Below are positions 26,939 to 35,892 of a stretch of DNA of 64,000 nucleotides, piece after piece. The notes under the pieces were generated by a model. It did no database searches. It worked only from the letters and a program-made list of their open reading frames with translations, and was not told the DNA's origin. Position numbers and translations under genes: made by a program. Every line of letters starts with the position of its first letter. The stretch's first letter is position 1. The DNA lies in the IMG/VR virus record IMGVR_UViG_3300005614_001084, positions 96,001 to 160,000 of that record; one strand, written 5' to 3'. Source of the DNA: a virus (lineage: Duplodnaviria; Caudoviricetes).

Positions 26939-27384
26939 TTCTCGATGGCCCTCCGACGCTTGCGGCTGTCGATGACCTCCGTCTTCGAGGTCTCGGCACG
27001 GTAGGCGAAGAGCAGCATGATGAGCTTCTGGCCCACCTTGTTGATCTTCTCCACCACGGCCTCACGGCGACTCTGCGTCACTCCGATGTAGCCCGGGCTC
27101 ACGACGAAGTCGGTGAGATCGGTACGCACGAACTCCATGAAGTCGGCCGGGACCGAGTTCTTCGGCGGCTTCGGGTTGCTGCTCTTCGGATGCTTCTTCT
27201 CGAAGAACTCCGTCATCGCTGCGGCAAGCCGGATCTCCATCGAGGCGTAATCGATATCGACGTTGTGGTCCCGCTCGGCGGCACGAAAGATCTCCTGAAC
27301 TGCCCGACCCTCCTCCGTACGAAGAGGGAGGCGCTGAAGTGCCGGCCCGTCGACCACAACGAGCCCGGAAGGACTTTCACTCAT
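26866..27384 (-). CDS. hypothetical protein with a PolA motif-A-like peptide
   Basis: DIDYASMEIRLAA. Confidence 0.55.
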   Translation of the reverse strand: MSESPSGLVVVDGPALQRLPLRTEEGRAVQEIFRAAERDHNVDIDYASMEIRLAAAMTEFFEKKHPKSSNPKPPKNSVPADFMEFVRTDLTDFVVSPGYIGVTQSRREAVVEKINKVGQKLIMLLFAYRAETSKTEVIDSRKRRRAIEKCRRKITDPLPKGVTLQEALQVLA

Positions 27385-27842
27385 GTCTCGTCTCCTGGAA
27401 TCCACGACGTAGCTCCGCTTCTTCGTACCACCAGCACCGGTAGCTGGAGCATCTTCACCACCGGCGCAAGCCGAGGATCTGCCTCGGTCCAGGGTCGCTC
27501 GATCTTCTCTTCTTCTGTAGGCTCGGGAGGGAAGGCCACCACCAACGAGACGCCCTCCAACATCTCGGCGTCCCGTAGCGCGCGACCCTGCTCGTCGTTG
27601 CCCTCTGCCGGATAGACCACGCACGCCAGTCCGATCAGCTTAGCCACCTCGGACATTACGAAGTCGAAGCCTCGCGGATCCGAATGTACCGGCATGAACA
27701 TCGCGGTGTCCCGCATGATCTCCATGACGACGCAGGCAGTGTCCCAGTCCGAGAACCAGGTGCGGCTCACTGATCCGATGAACGCAACCCTTACGGGCCC
27801 GCTCTTCGCCTGCGTCGCCAGGTAAAGCAGCGCCTCCTTCAT
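27381..27842 (-). CDS. SLOG-like protein (divergent)
   Basis: VAFIGS..RALRDAEML..VVAFP. Confidence 0.5.
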   Translation of the reverse strand: MKEALLYLATQAKSGPVRVAFIGSVSRTWFSDWDTACVVMEIMRDTAMFMPVHSDPRGFDFVMSEVAKLIGLACVVYPAEGNDEQGRALRDAEMLEGVSLVVAFPPEPTEEEKIERPWTEADPRLAPVVKMLQLPVLVVRRSGATSWIPGDET

Positions 27843-27843
27843 C

Positions 27844-28248
27844 TCACGCCGCGTGATGAAGGTACTGGTCGATCACGTTGTACAGCACGCCGAGGTCGGC
27901 GCCGTCGCCGTCCAACGCCTTGCCGATGGCGACCTTGGTACGCTGAAGCAGCTCGCGCGGGTCGTTCGGGTCGTGAATGCCGATCTCGTCGGCATCGATG
28001 CGCCGACGCTGCTCCACGATCCAGTCCTTCAGGAAGGAGTGGTCGGTCTTCTTGTAGATCAGGCGCGCGTGAGCCGACTTACGCCAGCTCTGATACTCCT
28101 TGCTGGTGAGAAGCCGGTTCAGGCCCCGATCGAAGTGGGTCTTCTCAGCGAGCTGGCGTTCGATGTTCCAGATGTCCTTCTCCAGCTCACGCTTCCAGCG
28201 CAGAGCTTGAGACAGGCTCGGGGGACTTCGGTAGTTCGGGTCGTTCAC
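27844..28248 (-). CDS. hypothetical protein
   Basis: GAGGAG RBS. Confidence 0.7.
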   Translation of the reverse strand: MNDPNYRSPPSLSQALRWKRELEKDIWNIERQLAEKTHFDRGLNRLLTSKEYQSWRKSAHARLIYKKTDHSFLKDWIVEQRRRIDADEIGIHDPNDPRELLQRTKVAIGKALDGDGADLGVLYNVIDQYLHHAA

Positions 28249-28260
28249 GATTCTCTCCTC

Positions 28261-28614
28261 TCACACACGATAGACGAATACGAGCAGTCCGTGTGCACGA
28301 GCTTGCTCGATCATGTTTCTGGTTCCTCCGCTATCACCGTCCCACACCGCGATGAGGGCCTCAGCGTAGCGCGCCATGCGGCCGTTGCGCTTGTGGCCTG
28401 CGCCGTACGGATCCTTCTTCCACTCGTAGTCGGGCACGCTGAAGTCCGGACCGAGCCGGACCTTGTTGAGCAGCGCCCACTCCTCGCCCAACGAATCGAC
28501 ACCGCGGGCACCTCCGCTCACCACCTCAGTGATGTGGTAGCCAGAGGCTGCGATCGCTGCTTCTACGTGAGCCATGTCCTTAATGTCGCGGCTACCCGCG
28601 ATGATGACTCTCAC
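28261..28614 (-). CDS. SLOG family protein (DUF2493/YspA-like)
   Basis: IIAGSR, VSGGARGVD, AGHKRN..M, AVWDGDSGGT. Confidence 0.85.
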   Translation of the reverse strand: MRVIIAGSRDIKDMAHVEAAIAASGYHITEVVSGGARGVDSLGEEWALLNKVRLGPDFSVPDYEWKKDPYGAGHKRNGRMARYAEALIAVWDGDSGGTRNMIEQARAHGLLVFVYRV

Positions 28615-28727
28615 AGAAAGCGATCCTCGTCCGGGTTGTAGGGACGGCTCGGGTCCCAGTTCCACACGATGTAAACCCCGACCCCGACGATGATCACGAA
28701 AAGCACGATCTTATCCATGTGCCCTCC

Positions 28728-29945
28728 CTACTTGAGCTGAAGCCGATCTGCCAGAGTAGTCATCCTCCGGCGCGGCTCGTCGTTACTGAGCGCCGCGCTC
28801 AGCCCTTCATTGTTGCCCACGATCACGACACCCTTCTTCGCTCGGGTGACCGCGGTGTACAGAAGCTGCTGGCTCCACATGTAGTCGTGCATGCCGTGGC
28901 ACACCACGACCACCCAGTCCCACTCCGAGCCCTGCGCCTTGTGCACCGTGAGCGCATAGGCGAGGCGGAGGGTCTTCGCCGACTCTCGATCGTACTCCAC
29001 GTGACGACCGTCGAAGTCGATGCTGAGACGCCCACGCTCGTTGTCGACGTCGGTGACTACCCCGATCTCGCCGTTGAAGACGAAACGGTCGTAGTCGTTC
29101 TCCGTCGCCAGGACGCGGTCTTTCGCCCGAAGCTGATACGTCGTGCCGTTGCCCGTACGAACGCGCCACTGCGCGTCGTGCCTACCATCTATGGGATTGA
29201 TCTTGGACTGAAGGTAGTTGTTGAGCGTCTCGATACCGAGGCTGCCGCCGTTCTGCGGCGCAAGCACCTGGATGTTCGTCACGCCGGCAGCCGGCATCTT
29301 CTCGGTCACCAGCTTCACCACGTTGTTCGCAAGAACCTCGGCATCATCGATCTGGTAGTACCTGAAGTCCTCCGCCGGCGTGTGAATATCGAGATCGCCG
29401 TTCAGAATGTAGGGTGCGTTGCGGCACACCCAAGACTTCAGCGCCGAGCGATGCACGGTCTTGAGCCGGATGGTGGGCAGGCGGTCGCTGTTGAGCAGAT
29501 CGTAGAACACCTGTCCCGGTCCCACGCTGGGGAGCTGGTCCGCATCTCCGATGAAGAAGACGCGCGTTCGCATCACGTTCACTGCGGCAAGCAGGGACTC
29601 ACACGTCTCCGCATCCAGCATCGAGGCTTCATCGCACACCACGATCTCGTGGCTCAAGGGGTTCGTTTCGTTGAAGTCGAACTGCCACACGCCGCCTCGC
29701 GGCTTGCCGCCGAGGAGGCGGTGCACGGTGAACGCCTCGTGCTCCGTGACTTCAGCGATCCGCTTCGCCGCCTTCCCCGTTGGTGCGCACAGGGCCACCC
29801 TCCAGCGACTCTGCACTCGATCCAGGAAGCTCCCAAGGATCGTCGACTTCCCGGTGCCCGGTCCTCCGGTCACTGCTCCGACCCGCTTGGTCAGCATCAT
29901 CTGCACTGCCAGCTCCTGATCGGGATCCAGGATGAGGTTCGACAT
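28728..29945 (-). CDS. RecD2-like SF1B helicase core
   Basis: GGPGTGKS, APTGKAA, DEASM, GDADQLPSV, AYALTVHKAQGSE, YTAVTRA. Confidence 0.92.
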   Translation of the reverse strand: MSNLILDPDQELAVQMMLTKRVGAVTGGPGTGKSTILGSFLDRVQSRWRVALCAPTGKAAKRIAEVTEHEAFTVHRLLGGKPRGGVWQFDFNETNPLSHEIVVCDEASMLDAETCESLLAAVNVMRTRVFFIGDADQLPSVGPGQVFYDLLNSDRLPTIRLKTVHRSALKSWVCRNAPYILNGDLDIHTPAEDFRYYQIDDAEVLANNVVKLVTEKMPAAGVTNIQVLAPQNGGSLGIETLNNYLQSKINPIDGRHDAQWRVRTGNGTTYQLRAKDRVLATENDYDRFVFNGEIGVVTDVDNERGRLSIDFDGRHVEYDRESAKTLRLAYALTVHKAQGSEWDWVVVVCHGMHDYMWSQQLLYTAVTRAKKGVVIVGNNEGLSAALSNDEPRRRMTTLADRLQLK

Positions 29946-30843
29946 CGATGTTCTCCAGTAGCTTGGTGATCTTGACCGCGATTCCACGCTCGGCTTCAGC
30001 ATACCGCGGCAGCATGATGAGCCCGAACCCAGCGATCACATGCTCGTCCCGAAGCGCCATCATGAGCCCGTCCCTGATATAGCGCGCGTTGACGCCCGCC
30101 AGCGCCGCCGCGTTCTCCTCGATCCAGTCCTCGTCCGCTCCGATGTGACCGTCAGAGCTGGCCTCCTTCAGAACCTGGAGGATGGCAGAGACGAGGCGCG
30201 AAGGAGCGGTGCGCGACGCGTTCGCCTTCGAAGCGAGGTAATCGTTCCGGGCGAAGCTGATTCCGCCGATCTCCATGTAGAGTGCGAACGGGTCCCGCTT
30301 CAGCTTCTCCGCCGACAACTCTGCCTTGGCCGCAGAATGCGCCTCTCGATGCGTCAGACCGATCTCGTAGTACGGGACGTACAGCTCCCGGTCCTTCTTG
30401 TGCTCGGTCCACGCTCGGATGATGGCGTCGACACGGTCGGGCGTAATGCCATCGATCTCCAGCAGATCGTGCGGCGTCTTCTCGATGACTTCCCAGAGCC
30501 GATCACCCCAACGTTGCGCGATGATGTCGGCACGCTTGGGACCTATCTGAGGGATACGGTCGATGATCCACTGCCGAACACCCTTCATATCAGAGGGATC
30601 GTCCATGACGATCGTCTCGACCTTGAGCTGGCGCCCGTGTTTCTCCGACTGGACGTACTGGCCCACGATGCTGACGTGCATCCCCATGCGGAAGCCTTCG
30701 AGCTGGCCCACGATCTTCAGGCGCTTGCCATCCGAAGGACGCAACTCGCCGAACCCCCAGCCATCGTTCCAGAACTTCGCAGAGATGGATACGATCTCGC
30801 CCTTGAGCGTGACCTGCTCGTCTTTCTTCTCCTCGTCCATCAC
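29752..30843 (-). CDS. RecD2 N-terminal OB/HhH region as separate ORF
   Basis: HGRQLKV, IPQIGPKRA, LLEIDGI, DPFAL..GISFARND. Confidence 0.8.
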   Translation of the reverse strand: MMDEEKKDEQVTLKGEIVSISAKFWNDGWGFGELRPSDGKRLKIVGQLEGFRMGMHVSIVGQYVQSEKHGRQLKVETIVMDDPSDMKGVRQWIIDRIPQIGPKRADIIAQRWGDRLWEVIEKTPHDLLEIDGITPDRVDAIIRAWTEHKKDRELYVPYYEIGLTHREAHSAAKAELSAEKLKRDPFALYMEIGGISFARNDYLASKANASRTAPSRLVSAILQVLKEASSDGHIGADEDWIEENAAALAGVNARYIRDGLMMALRDEHVIAGFGLIMLPRYAEAERGIAVKITKLLENIDVEPHPGSRSGAGSADDADQAGRSSDRRTGHREVDDPWELPGSSAESLEGGPVRTNGEGGEADR

Positions 30844-31160
30844 TCCTCCAGCAGCCTCCGTAGTGCCGGAGGTAGCTCGAATACCACCGCCCCCTCGGGC
30901 GGGTCGAGCACGAAGGGCAGATACGACTCTGCCCGAAAGATCAACCAGAGCAGCCCGTTGCGTCGGTCGTCATACGCCAGGATGTCCTGGTAGTCGACCT
31001 CGATCGCTCCGCCGTCCGGGAACACGAACCAGATCTGTGTGGTGTCTCCGATGATGTAGTACCCGAGCCAGCCCCGGCCCCAGTTGTGACTGAAGACAGG
31101 GCTGGCTTCGAGGTGCGAATAGCGCTTAGGCAGATCGCTTGCGACGCGTCCTCTCAGCAT
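30840..31160 (-). CDS. hypothetical protein
   Basis: CTATCAG + AAGGAG. Confidence 0.7.
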   Translation of the reverse strand: MLRGRVASDLPKRYSHLEASPVFSHNWGRGWLGYYIIGDTTQIWFVFPDGGAIEVDYQDILAYDDRRNGLLWLIFRAESYLPFVLDPPEGAVVFELPPALRRLLEE

Positions 31161-31506
31161 GTTTCTCCTTCTGCTGATAGAGGATCTCGCCCTGTTTCAC
31201 GTAGTACTCCGAGGCGCCCGGGCACTGCCGGTGGTGCTCGACGTCGCGCTCCTCCGTCCCTGCGCCGTACACGCTGGCGTGGCAGGCGAAGTCGCCTCCC
31301 ATCATGTCGCGCTCCCGCTTCACCTCGTCGCGCGCCCACTGGATCTCTTCGTCCGTGACGGGACGTGGGTCGTGGTTCTTCTGTCGCAGCTTGGTGAGGA
31401 TGGTGCCGAACTGCTTGTTGTTGTCGGTGCCGAAGGGGCAGCCCGCGCACGCTCCGCCTTCTCTCGGCGGCAGGCGCGGTCTCCAGAGCTTACGGTGATT
31501 GTTCAT
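31126..31506 (-). CDS. Cys-containing hypothetical protein
   Basis: CAGCPF..FACH..CPG. Confidence 0.65.
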   Translation of the reverse strand: MNNHRKLWRPRLPPREGGACAGCPFGTDNNKQFGTILTKLRQKNHDPRPVTDEEIQWARDEVKRERDMMGGDFACHASVYGAGTEERDVEHHRQCPGASEYYVKQGEILYQQKEKHAERTRRKRSA

Positions 31507-32098
31507 CACCCACCCTGATCCTGGCCAGAACCTCCTCGATGGTGAAGCAGATCAGCCCGGGGTCGCCGCCCACGAGGTACATCAGCTCGGGCTCGAACTC
31601 CCATTGCGGCGTGAGGAAGCCCGTACCCTTGCACGTAGTGCACACCAAGTGATTGTACTGCCCCTGCTTACCCTCGCCCCCGCAGTCCCAGCAGTATTGG
31701 TTCACCGGCGGCATGTAGACGACGAGCTTGCGTCCAGATCCTGCCATCCAGCCGGCTTCGATGTGCGCGCTACGTCCGCACGGCAGCACGAGCACGCAGG
31801 TGTCCGCCCACTTCATCGCCCCAAAGTCTGCGGCGAAGCTACGCTGCGAGATCTCGTGCTTCAGCATGTCTCGATACATCACCAATGCGTTGGGATGCAT
31901 GATCTTGAACTCCGGGTTCGCGTCGAGCCAGCGGAAGCCCGTCGGGCTCACGCCGTCGGGCGGAATCGGACCACCAGACAACGGATTCCTGAAGTCGTAG
32001 CAATCGTGATGCTCGCGCAGTTGTGGCAAGATCGCTTCATAGAACGTGTTGCGCCAGCTCGATGCGACATAAAGTCGGTGCCTGTCAAAGATCTTCAT
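31490..32098 (-). CDS. nucleoside 2-deoxyribosyltransferase-like protein with DnaJ-type Zn-finger insert
   Basis: YVASSWRN..D..ADTCVLVLPCGRSAHIEAGW; CxxCxGxG twice. Confidence 0.65.
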   Translation of the reverse strand: MKIFDRHRLYVASSWRNTFYEAILPQLREHHDCYDFRNPLSGGPIPPDGVSPTGFRWLDANPEFKIMHPNALVMYRDMLKHEISQRSFAADFGAMKWADTCVLVLPCGRSAHIEAGWMAGSGRKLVVYMPPVNQYCWDCGGEGKQGQYNHLVCTTCKGTGFLTPQWEFEPELMYLVGGDPGLICFTIEEVLARIRVGDEQSP

Positions 32099-32511
32099 TC
32101 GACGTCTACCTCCACCGGATGTACCAAACAGTTGATCAGGCTTGAACGCAGGTAGCCCTGCATCTGTGGTTGCGTGCCCTCCGGCACGCCTATCTCTATG
32201 CCCCACGGCATCTGCTGGCACATCGGGCGAGACGTGCCCCAGATCACGATGAGGTCGGGGTCGTCCTCCTCGTGCGCGAACACGAAGTGGTAGCGATGGT
32301 TCACGGCGTTGAGCCGGTCGAGCACCTGCTGGACGAGGTGCTCGCTGACGTCGAAGTACGGGTCATCGGGGCTCGCCTGGACCGACACCGTGACGTCGCG
32401 TCGCGGGAACGGGCGCTGCCTGAAGAAGTCGTACGCCCCGTAGAGCCCGAACGCACAGAGCAGGAGCGCGGCGTACGACAAGATCACGACGAGCCGGTCA
32501 CTCGGACTCAC
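32095..32511 (-). CDS. membrane-anchored protein
   Basis: N-terminal TM. Confidence 0.6.
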   Translation of the reverse strand: MSPSDRLVVILSYAALLLCAFGLYGAYDFFRQRPFPRRDVTVSVQASPDDPYFDVSEHLVQQVLDRLNAVNHRYHFVFAHEEDDPDLIVIWGTSRPMCQQMPWGIEIGVPEGTQPQMQGYLRSSLINCLVHPVEVDVE

Positions 32512-32735
32512 ATCAGCCCCCGATCTTTCGCCAGCCACTCCGGAATGAAGAGCTTGCCCTTGCGGTTCTCGTCGTAATCGAAGCACTCCGACTCCTCTCC
32601 GATCATCTTGCGGGGGATCCAGACAGTCTTGCGTCGGCTCCCATCCTTGGTCAGCGGCACCACGATCTCCAGTGAAGTACCGCGCTCTCCCACGACTTCG
32701 CAGTTCGCGAAGTCGATCATCTTCTTGTCACCCAT
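32508..32735 (-). CDS. hypothetical protein
   Basis: VWIPR..IPEWLA common phage small-protein pattern. Confidence 0.65.
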   Translation of the reverse strand: MGDKKMIDFANCEVVGERGTSLEIVVPLTKDGSRRKTVWIPRKMIGEESECFDYDENRKGKLFIPEWLAKDRGLM

Positions 32736-32768
32736 CAGGTGCCGTCCCAGTCCAGGATACCCAGACGC

Positions 32769-33188
32769 CTATCTTCGGCCCACTGATCTGCGGCGCTTCG
32801 CTCCCAGTACCCGGGGGACCTGCCCTTGGCCTTTTCTGCGTCCGTCAGCGGGCGGTCGGTCTTCTCTGCTTCGGGCTTCTTCTTTTCTTCGATCTCTTTC
32901 TCGTGCACGCTGCATCTCCTCCTTCGACGTTTCCCACAAGATCTTGCGGCCGCACCACGGGCACTTGTTCAAGAAGACGCCCCGATCAGCGGGGGCCTTC
33001 TTGTACACGATGCCGATGACACGGATGTTGTGGTTGCGGGTCTCGATCGCATAGACCGAGAAGCCCTTGCGGTGCGGGTTCGCTTCCTCTTCGAGGGCTA
33101 CCGCCATCGCCTGGCACCACGTGGTGCGGGAGCAGGTGGTCGCGACATCGGGTCGCTCCACCTCGCGCCACTCCTCTGCAAGGCGCAT
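32769..33188 (-). CDS. hypothetical protein
   Basis: GGAGG RBS; CPWCG. Confidence 0.55.
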   Translation of the reverse strand: MRLAEEWREVERPDVATTCSRTTWCQAMAVALEEEANPHRKGFSVYAIETRNHNIRVIGIVYKKAPADRGVFLNKCPWCGRKILWETSKEEMQRARERDRRKEEARSREDRPPADGRRKGQGQVPRVLGAKRRRSVGRR

Positions 33189-33195
33189 AGGCCTC

Positions 33196-33600
33196 CTATC
33201 TGTTCGGTATGATCTCCTTGCTCAGTCTCAGCCTCGGCTTGTCGGCGTACAGCTTCGCCATCTCCTCGTGCTGCGTTCGGATGTCGAAGGTGGTTCGATA
33301 CGTCGTGCTCATCTCCTCGCTCTGCTTCGCGCAGTCGCGCGCCCAGCGCAGCCAGCACTCGTTCGTGATGTTGCGGCCGGCTCTCCAGTCGTCATACGAC
33401 CCGTAGTACAACGATCGCCAGGCATCATCGGGCAAGACGATGACGAGGTCGAAGTCTCTGGGCTCGTTCGGTAGGTCGCGAAGAGCCCCACCCACGAGAT
33501 ACACCGGGTACCCGTAGTACCGGCGTGACAGATCGTGGGTGAGGCACTGCACGAACCTGATGCGGTTCCCGAAGTCAGGAACGATGTCGAGGCTGATCAA
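33196..33600 (-). CDS. minimal nucleotidyltransferase (Pol-beta superfamily)
   Basis: YLVGGALRD..RDFDLVI. Confidence 0.6.
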   Translation of the reverse strand: MISLDIVPDFGNRIRFVQCLTHDLSRRYYGYPVYLVGGALRDLPNEPRDFDLVIVLPDDAWRSLYYGSYDDWRAGRNITNECWLRWARDCAKQSEEMSTTYRTTFDIRTQHEEMAKLYADKPRLRLSKEIIPNR

Positions 33601-34487
33601 AGGTTTCGCGGCATGAGGGCGTGGACGAGGTCGAGCGACCAGAGCCCGCTCTTCTCCACCGCGACTCGGGTGGAGTCGTAGCGGCTGCCCTGGTCCTGCG
33701 GGTCGTCGTGCCAGCGCGCGAAGTCGCTCTTGCCGAACCGGCTGATCAGGTCCTTGGCGAAGTCGTGTGGAGCGGTGGCACCACTGCCGTAGTGCGCCAG
33801 GGCCTGCATGAGGATGTCGGCCGCAGGCGTCGGCGCGTTCACGCTGAAGCAATGGTAGACCGACATCGCCATGTCGATCTCGGGCTGAAGCTGCGAACGT
33901 AGCACGAGCTTGAGATCACCGCTTATCCCGAACTTCGCGTACGCCTGCTGCTCGGTCGCCGCCTTGCCCTTCGCCAACCACAGGATGGCGAACGCGATCT
34001 GGGTATCGAACGTCGAGGGATCGGAGAAGAGGAGGCTGAAGCCCTCCGCCCATTCCTTGCCGCGGGTGTAACCGGGCAGCCCATTGCCGTCGGGCGATCC
34101 GACGAACTCCTGTCGGATCTCGGCGCCGGTGACCTGCTTGCCGCCCTTCATCAGCACGCCGCCCGCGGTGAGCGCCCAACCCGCCGCCGCCATCTTGACC
34201 CCCACGATGCCCAGGGACCCGACGGCGTCGCGCATGTGGGCGATGAGCAGCCAGAGGTCGCCCTGCGTCATCGTGGAGGGCAGCACGGCCACGTTGTGGA
34301 GCAGGCCCGCGCTCATCCCGGCGCCGTCGTAGCTCTGCACCGTGCCGAACTTCCCGCCGGTCTCCACCTGCGAGACCAGATACGCCACGGCTTCCATGTG
34401 CGAGGCGCCCGAAGGACGAGGCACCACCGCGTTGCCGCGCACCATCCAGCCGGCGTGGTTCTTGAACGTGATGAACGATGCACTCAT
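33597..34487 (-). CDS. putative lysozyme-like peptidoglycan hydrolase (endolysin candidate)
   Basis: ETGG..VQSYDGAGMSAG; CTATCAG + GGAGG. Confidence 0.45.
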   Translation of the reverse strand: MSASFITFKNHAGWMVRGNAVVPRPSGASHMEAVAYLVSQVETGGKFGTVQSYDGAGMSAGLLHNVAVLPSTMTQGDLWLLIAHMRDAVGSLGIVGVKMAAAGWALTAGGVLMKGGKQVTGAEIRQEFVGSPDGNGLPGYTRGKEWAEGFSLLFSDPSTFDTQIAFAILWLAKGKAATEQQAYAKFGISGDLKLVLRSQLQPEIDMAMSVYHCFSVNAPTPAADILMQALAHYGSGATAPHDFAKDLISRFGKSDFARWHDDPQDQGSRYDSTRVAVEKSGLWSLDLVHALMPRNL

Positions 34488-34715
34488 TGGATCCTCCGTT
34501 AGCTGATAGGAGCAAAATCGAAGGGCCCGGATCGGCGCGATGCCGGCGGGCCCTTCGGCAGGTTGTATGCGGGTCGTTACTCCCGCGGCGTCATGATCAG
34601 CCTCCAACTATTCGTTGAACACGGGACGCATGATGCGCGTGACGAAGTCACTCTACTACCGCAACCAGGAACCGTCACCCTTAGATCACATGGTTACTAG
34701 CGCATGTTGCACCTC

Positions 34716-34892
34716 AGACGCTGGGAGGACTTGAACCTCCAAGGGCACCGGGACTCGAACACCAGGGGGTTTGCTTTTGGTATTACAACTTTGAGATCAG
34801 TGGCCGCGGGCAAGTAGAGGTGCGGCATGAACTCTTCAGACCCTGATGATCTTCGCCTTCGATGTTGTTCCCTCATCACCTGATTCAGCGCC
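34716..34892 (-). ncRNA. tRNA-like RNA (acceptor stem + T-arm, no canonical D-arm)
   Basis: GGCGCTG/CAGCGTC and GGAGG-TTCAAGT-CCTCC. Confidence 0.4.
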
Positions 34893-34894
34893 GA

Positions 34895-35281
34895 TGGACC
34901 TGCCGGGAATCGAACCCGGGTCCGCGATTGCTTCTTCTGTGCGTCTACGTGCGTAGCAGCGCTCTTACGCCTTGATAACGGAGTGCGTGAGCTGCGTTGC
35001 CTGCTCTCTCCGAGGGATGCACGGTTGCCCGCGAATCCTCCACCATCGATCAGATCTACTGCCGCGGCCTCTCACACTGATCGCACTGTGAGAGGTTGTG
35101 CCGACTTGAATGACGTCGGGATAGGCGAATCGGACCACCTACCCCAACGGCTCAGGCCGCTCGGGCCTGGGCGTAGCTCGAATCGTTCGCAGCTACAGAT
35201 GATCGGCTTTTAGAGGAGCCCACCGATCAACTCCTGCACGCAACACAGTCGTCGTCAACCACGTCGAAACCTGTCAGGCCC
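34895..35281 (-). ncRNA. ssrA: tmRNA, tag ANDSSYAQARAA*
   Basis: 5' GGGCCTGACAGGTTTCGAC; 3' GGACCCGGGTTCGATTCCCGGCAGGTCCA; G3-U pair; tag ORF 35190-35152. Confidence 0.92.
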
Positions 35282-35588
35282 AGAACAGAAACACGGATCC
35301 ACAGGGGAACCCTTCCTGGCTCCCCCGTGGATTGCGGGGACCGAACCCCGCCCGAGTATGGCGGGCTGTGGACCCGGTGTACCACCTCGCGTGGTATCGA
35401 TGCGCCAGCGCCATAACTTGGGGCGCGCTGGACCGTTCCCCGCACTCAGCGATCGGCCCAACTTCGGGGCCTGATGAGTCGCACACCGACAAGGTCTGAC
35501 GATGTGCGATCTCGCGCTCTTCGAACCGCTCCCAACTCGGAGCGACGAGCGCGACGAGAAGGACAGCAGCCATGATGATGAAGAGCAT
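35274..35588 (-). CDS. possible small secreted protein
   Basis: Hydrophobic N-terminus; CTATAAG just upstream. Confidence 0.4.
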   Translation of the reverse strand: MLFIIMAAVLLVALVAPSWERFEEREIAHRQTLSVCDSSGPEVGPIAECGERSSAPQVMALAHRYHARWYTGSTARHTRAGFGPRNPRGSQEGFPCGSVFLFWA

Positions 35589-35623
35589 TCCACTCGCTTA
35601 TAGCAGAGATTTCGGTCTCTGTT

Positions 35624-35806
35624 CTAGTAGGTGATCCAGCCCTGGGTGCCCCGCTTCCGAGGCAGTTCATCGTAACGGCCCGCGCGCATGAGGTGGGAGC
35701 AGCGGTGACGCCACTCCCGCATCGTGATGCGCTTCGCCGTCGTGCACTCCTTGTCGTATCGAGCCATGTGGTGGACGCGCCGTCCACAGTGCTTGCTTCG
35801 AGACAT
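35624..35806 (-). CDS. small basic protein
   Basis: GGAGG RBS. Confidence 0.55.
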   Translation of the reverse strand: MSRSKHCGRRVHHMARYDKECTTAKRITMREWRHRCSHLMRAGRYDELPRKRGTQGWITY

Positions 35807-35892
35807 CGATCGATCCTCCGACTGGCACCACGCCAGTACTTAGAAGACCGCGTACTTCCTCGACATATATCACCTCTACAGCTTCTAACCGA

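Noticed and set aside
35290-35370. SRP RNA-like hairpins upstream of tmRNA
   Set aside because: Lacks the conserved domain IV CAGG/AGCA internal loop
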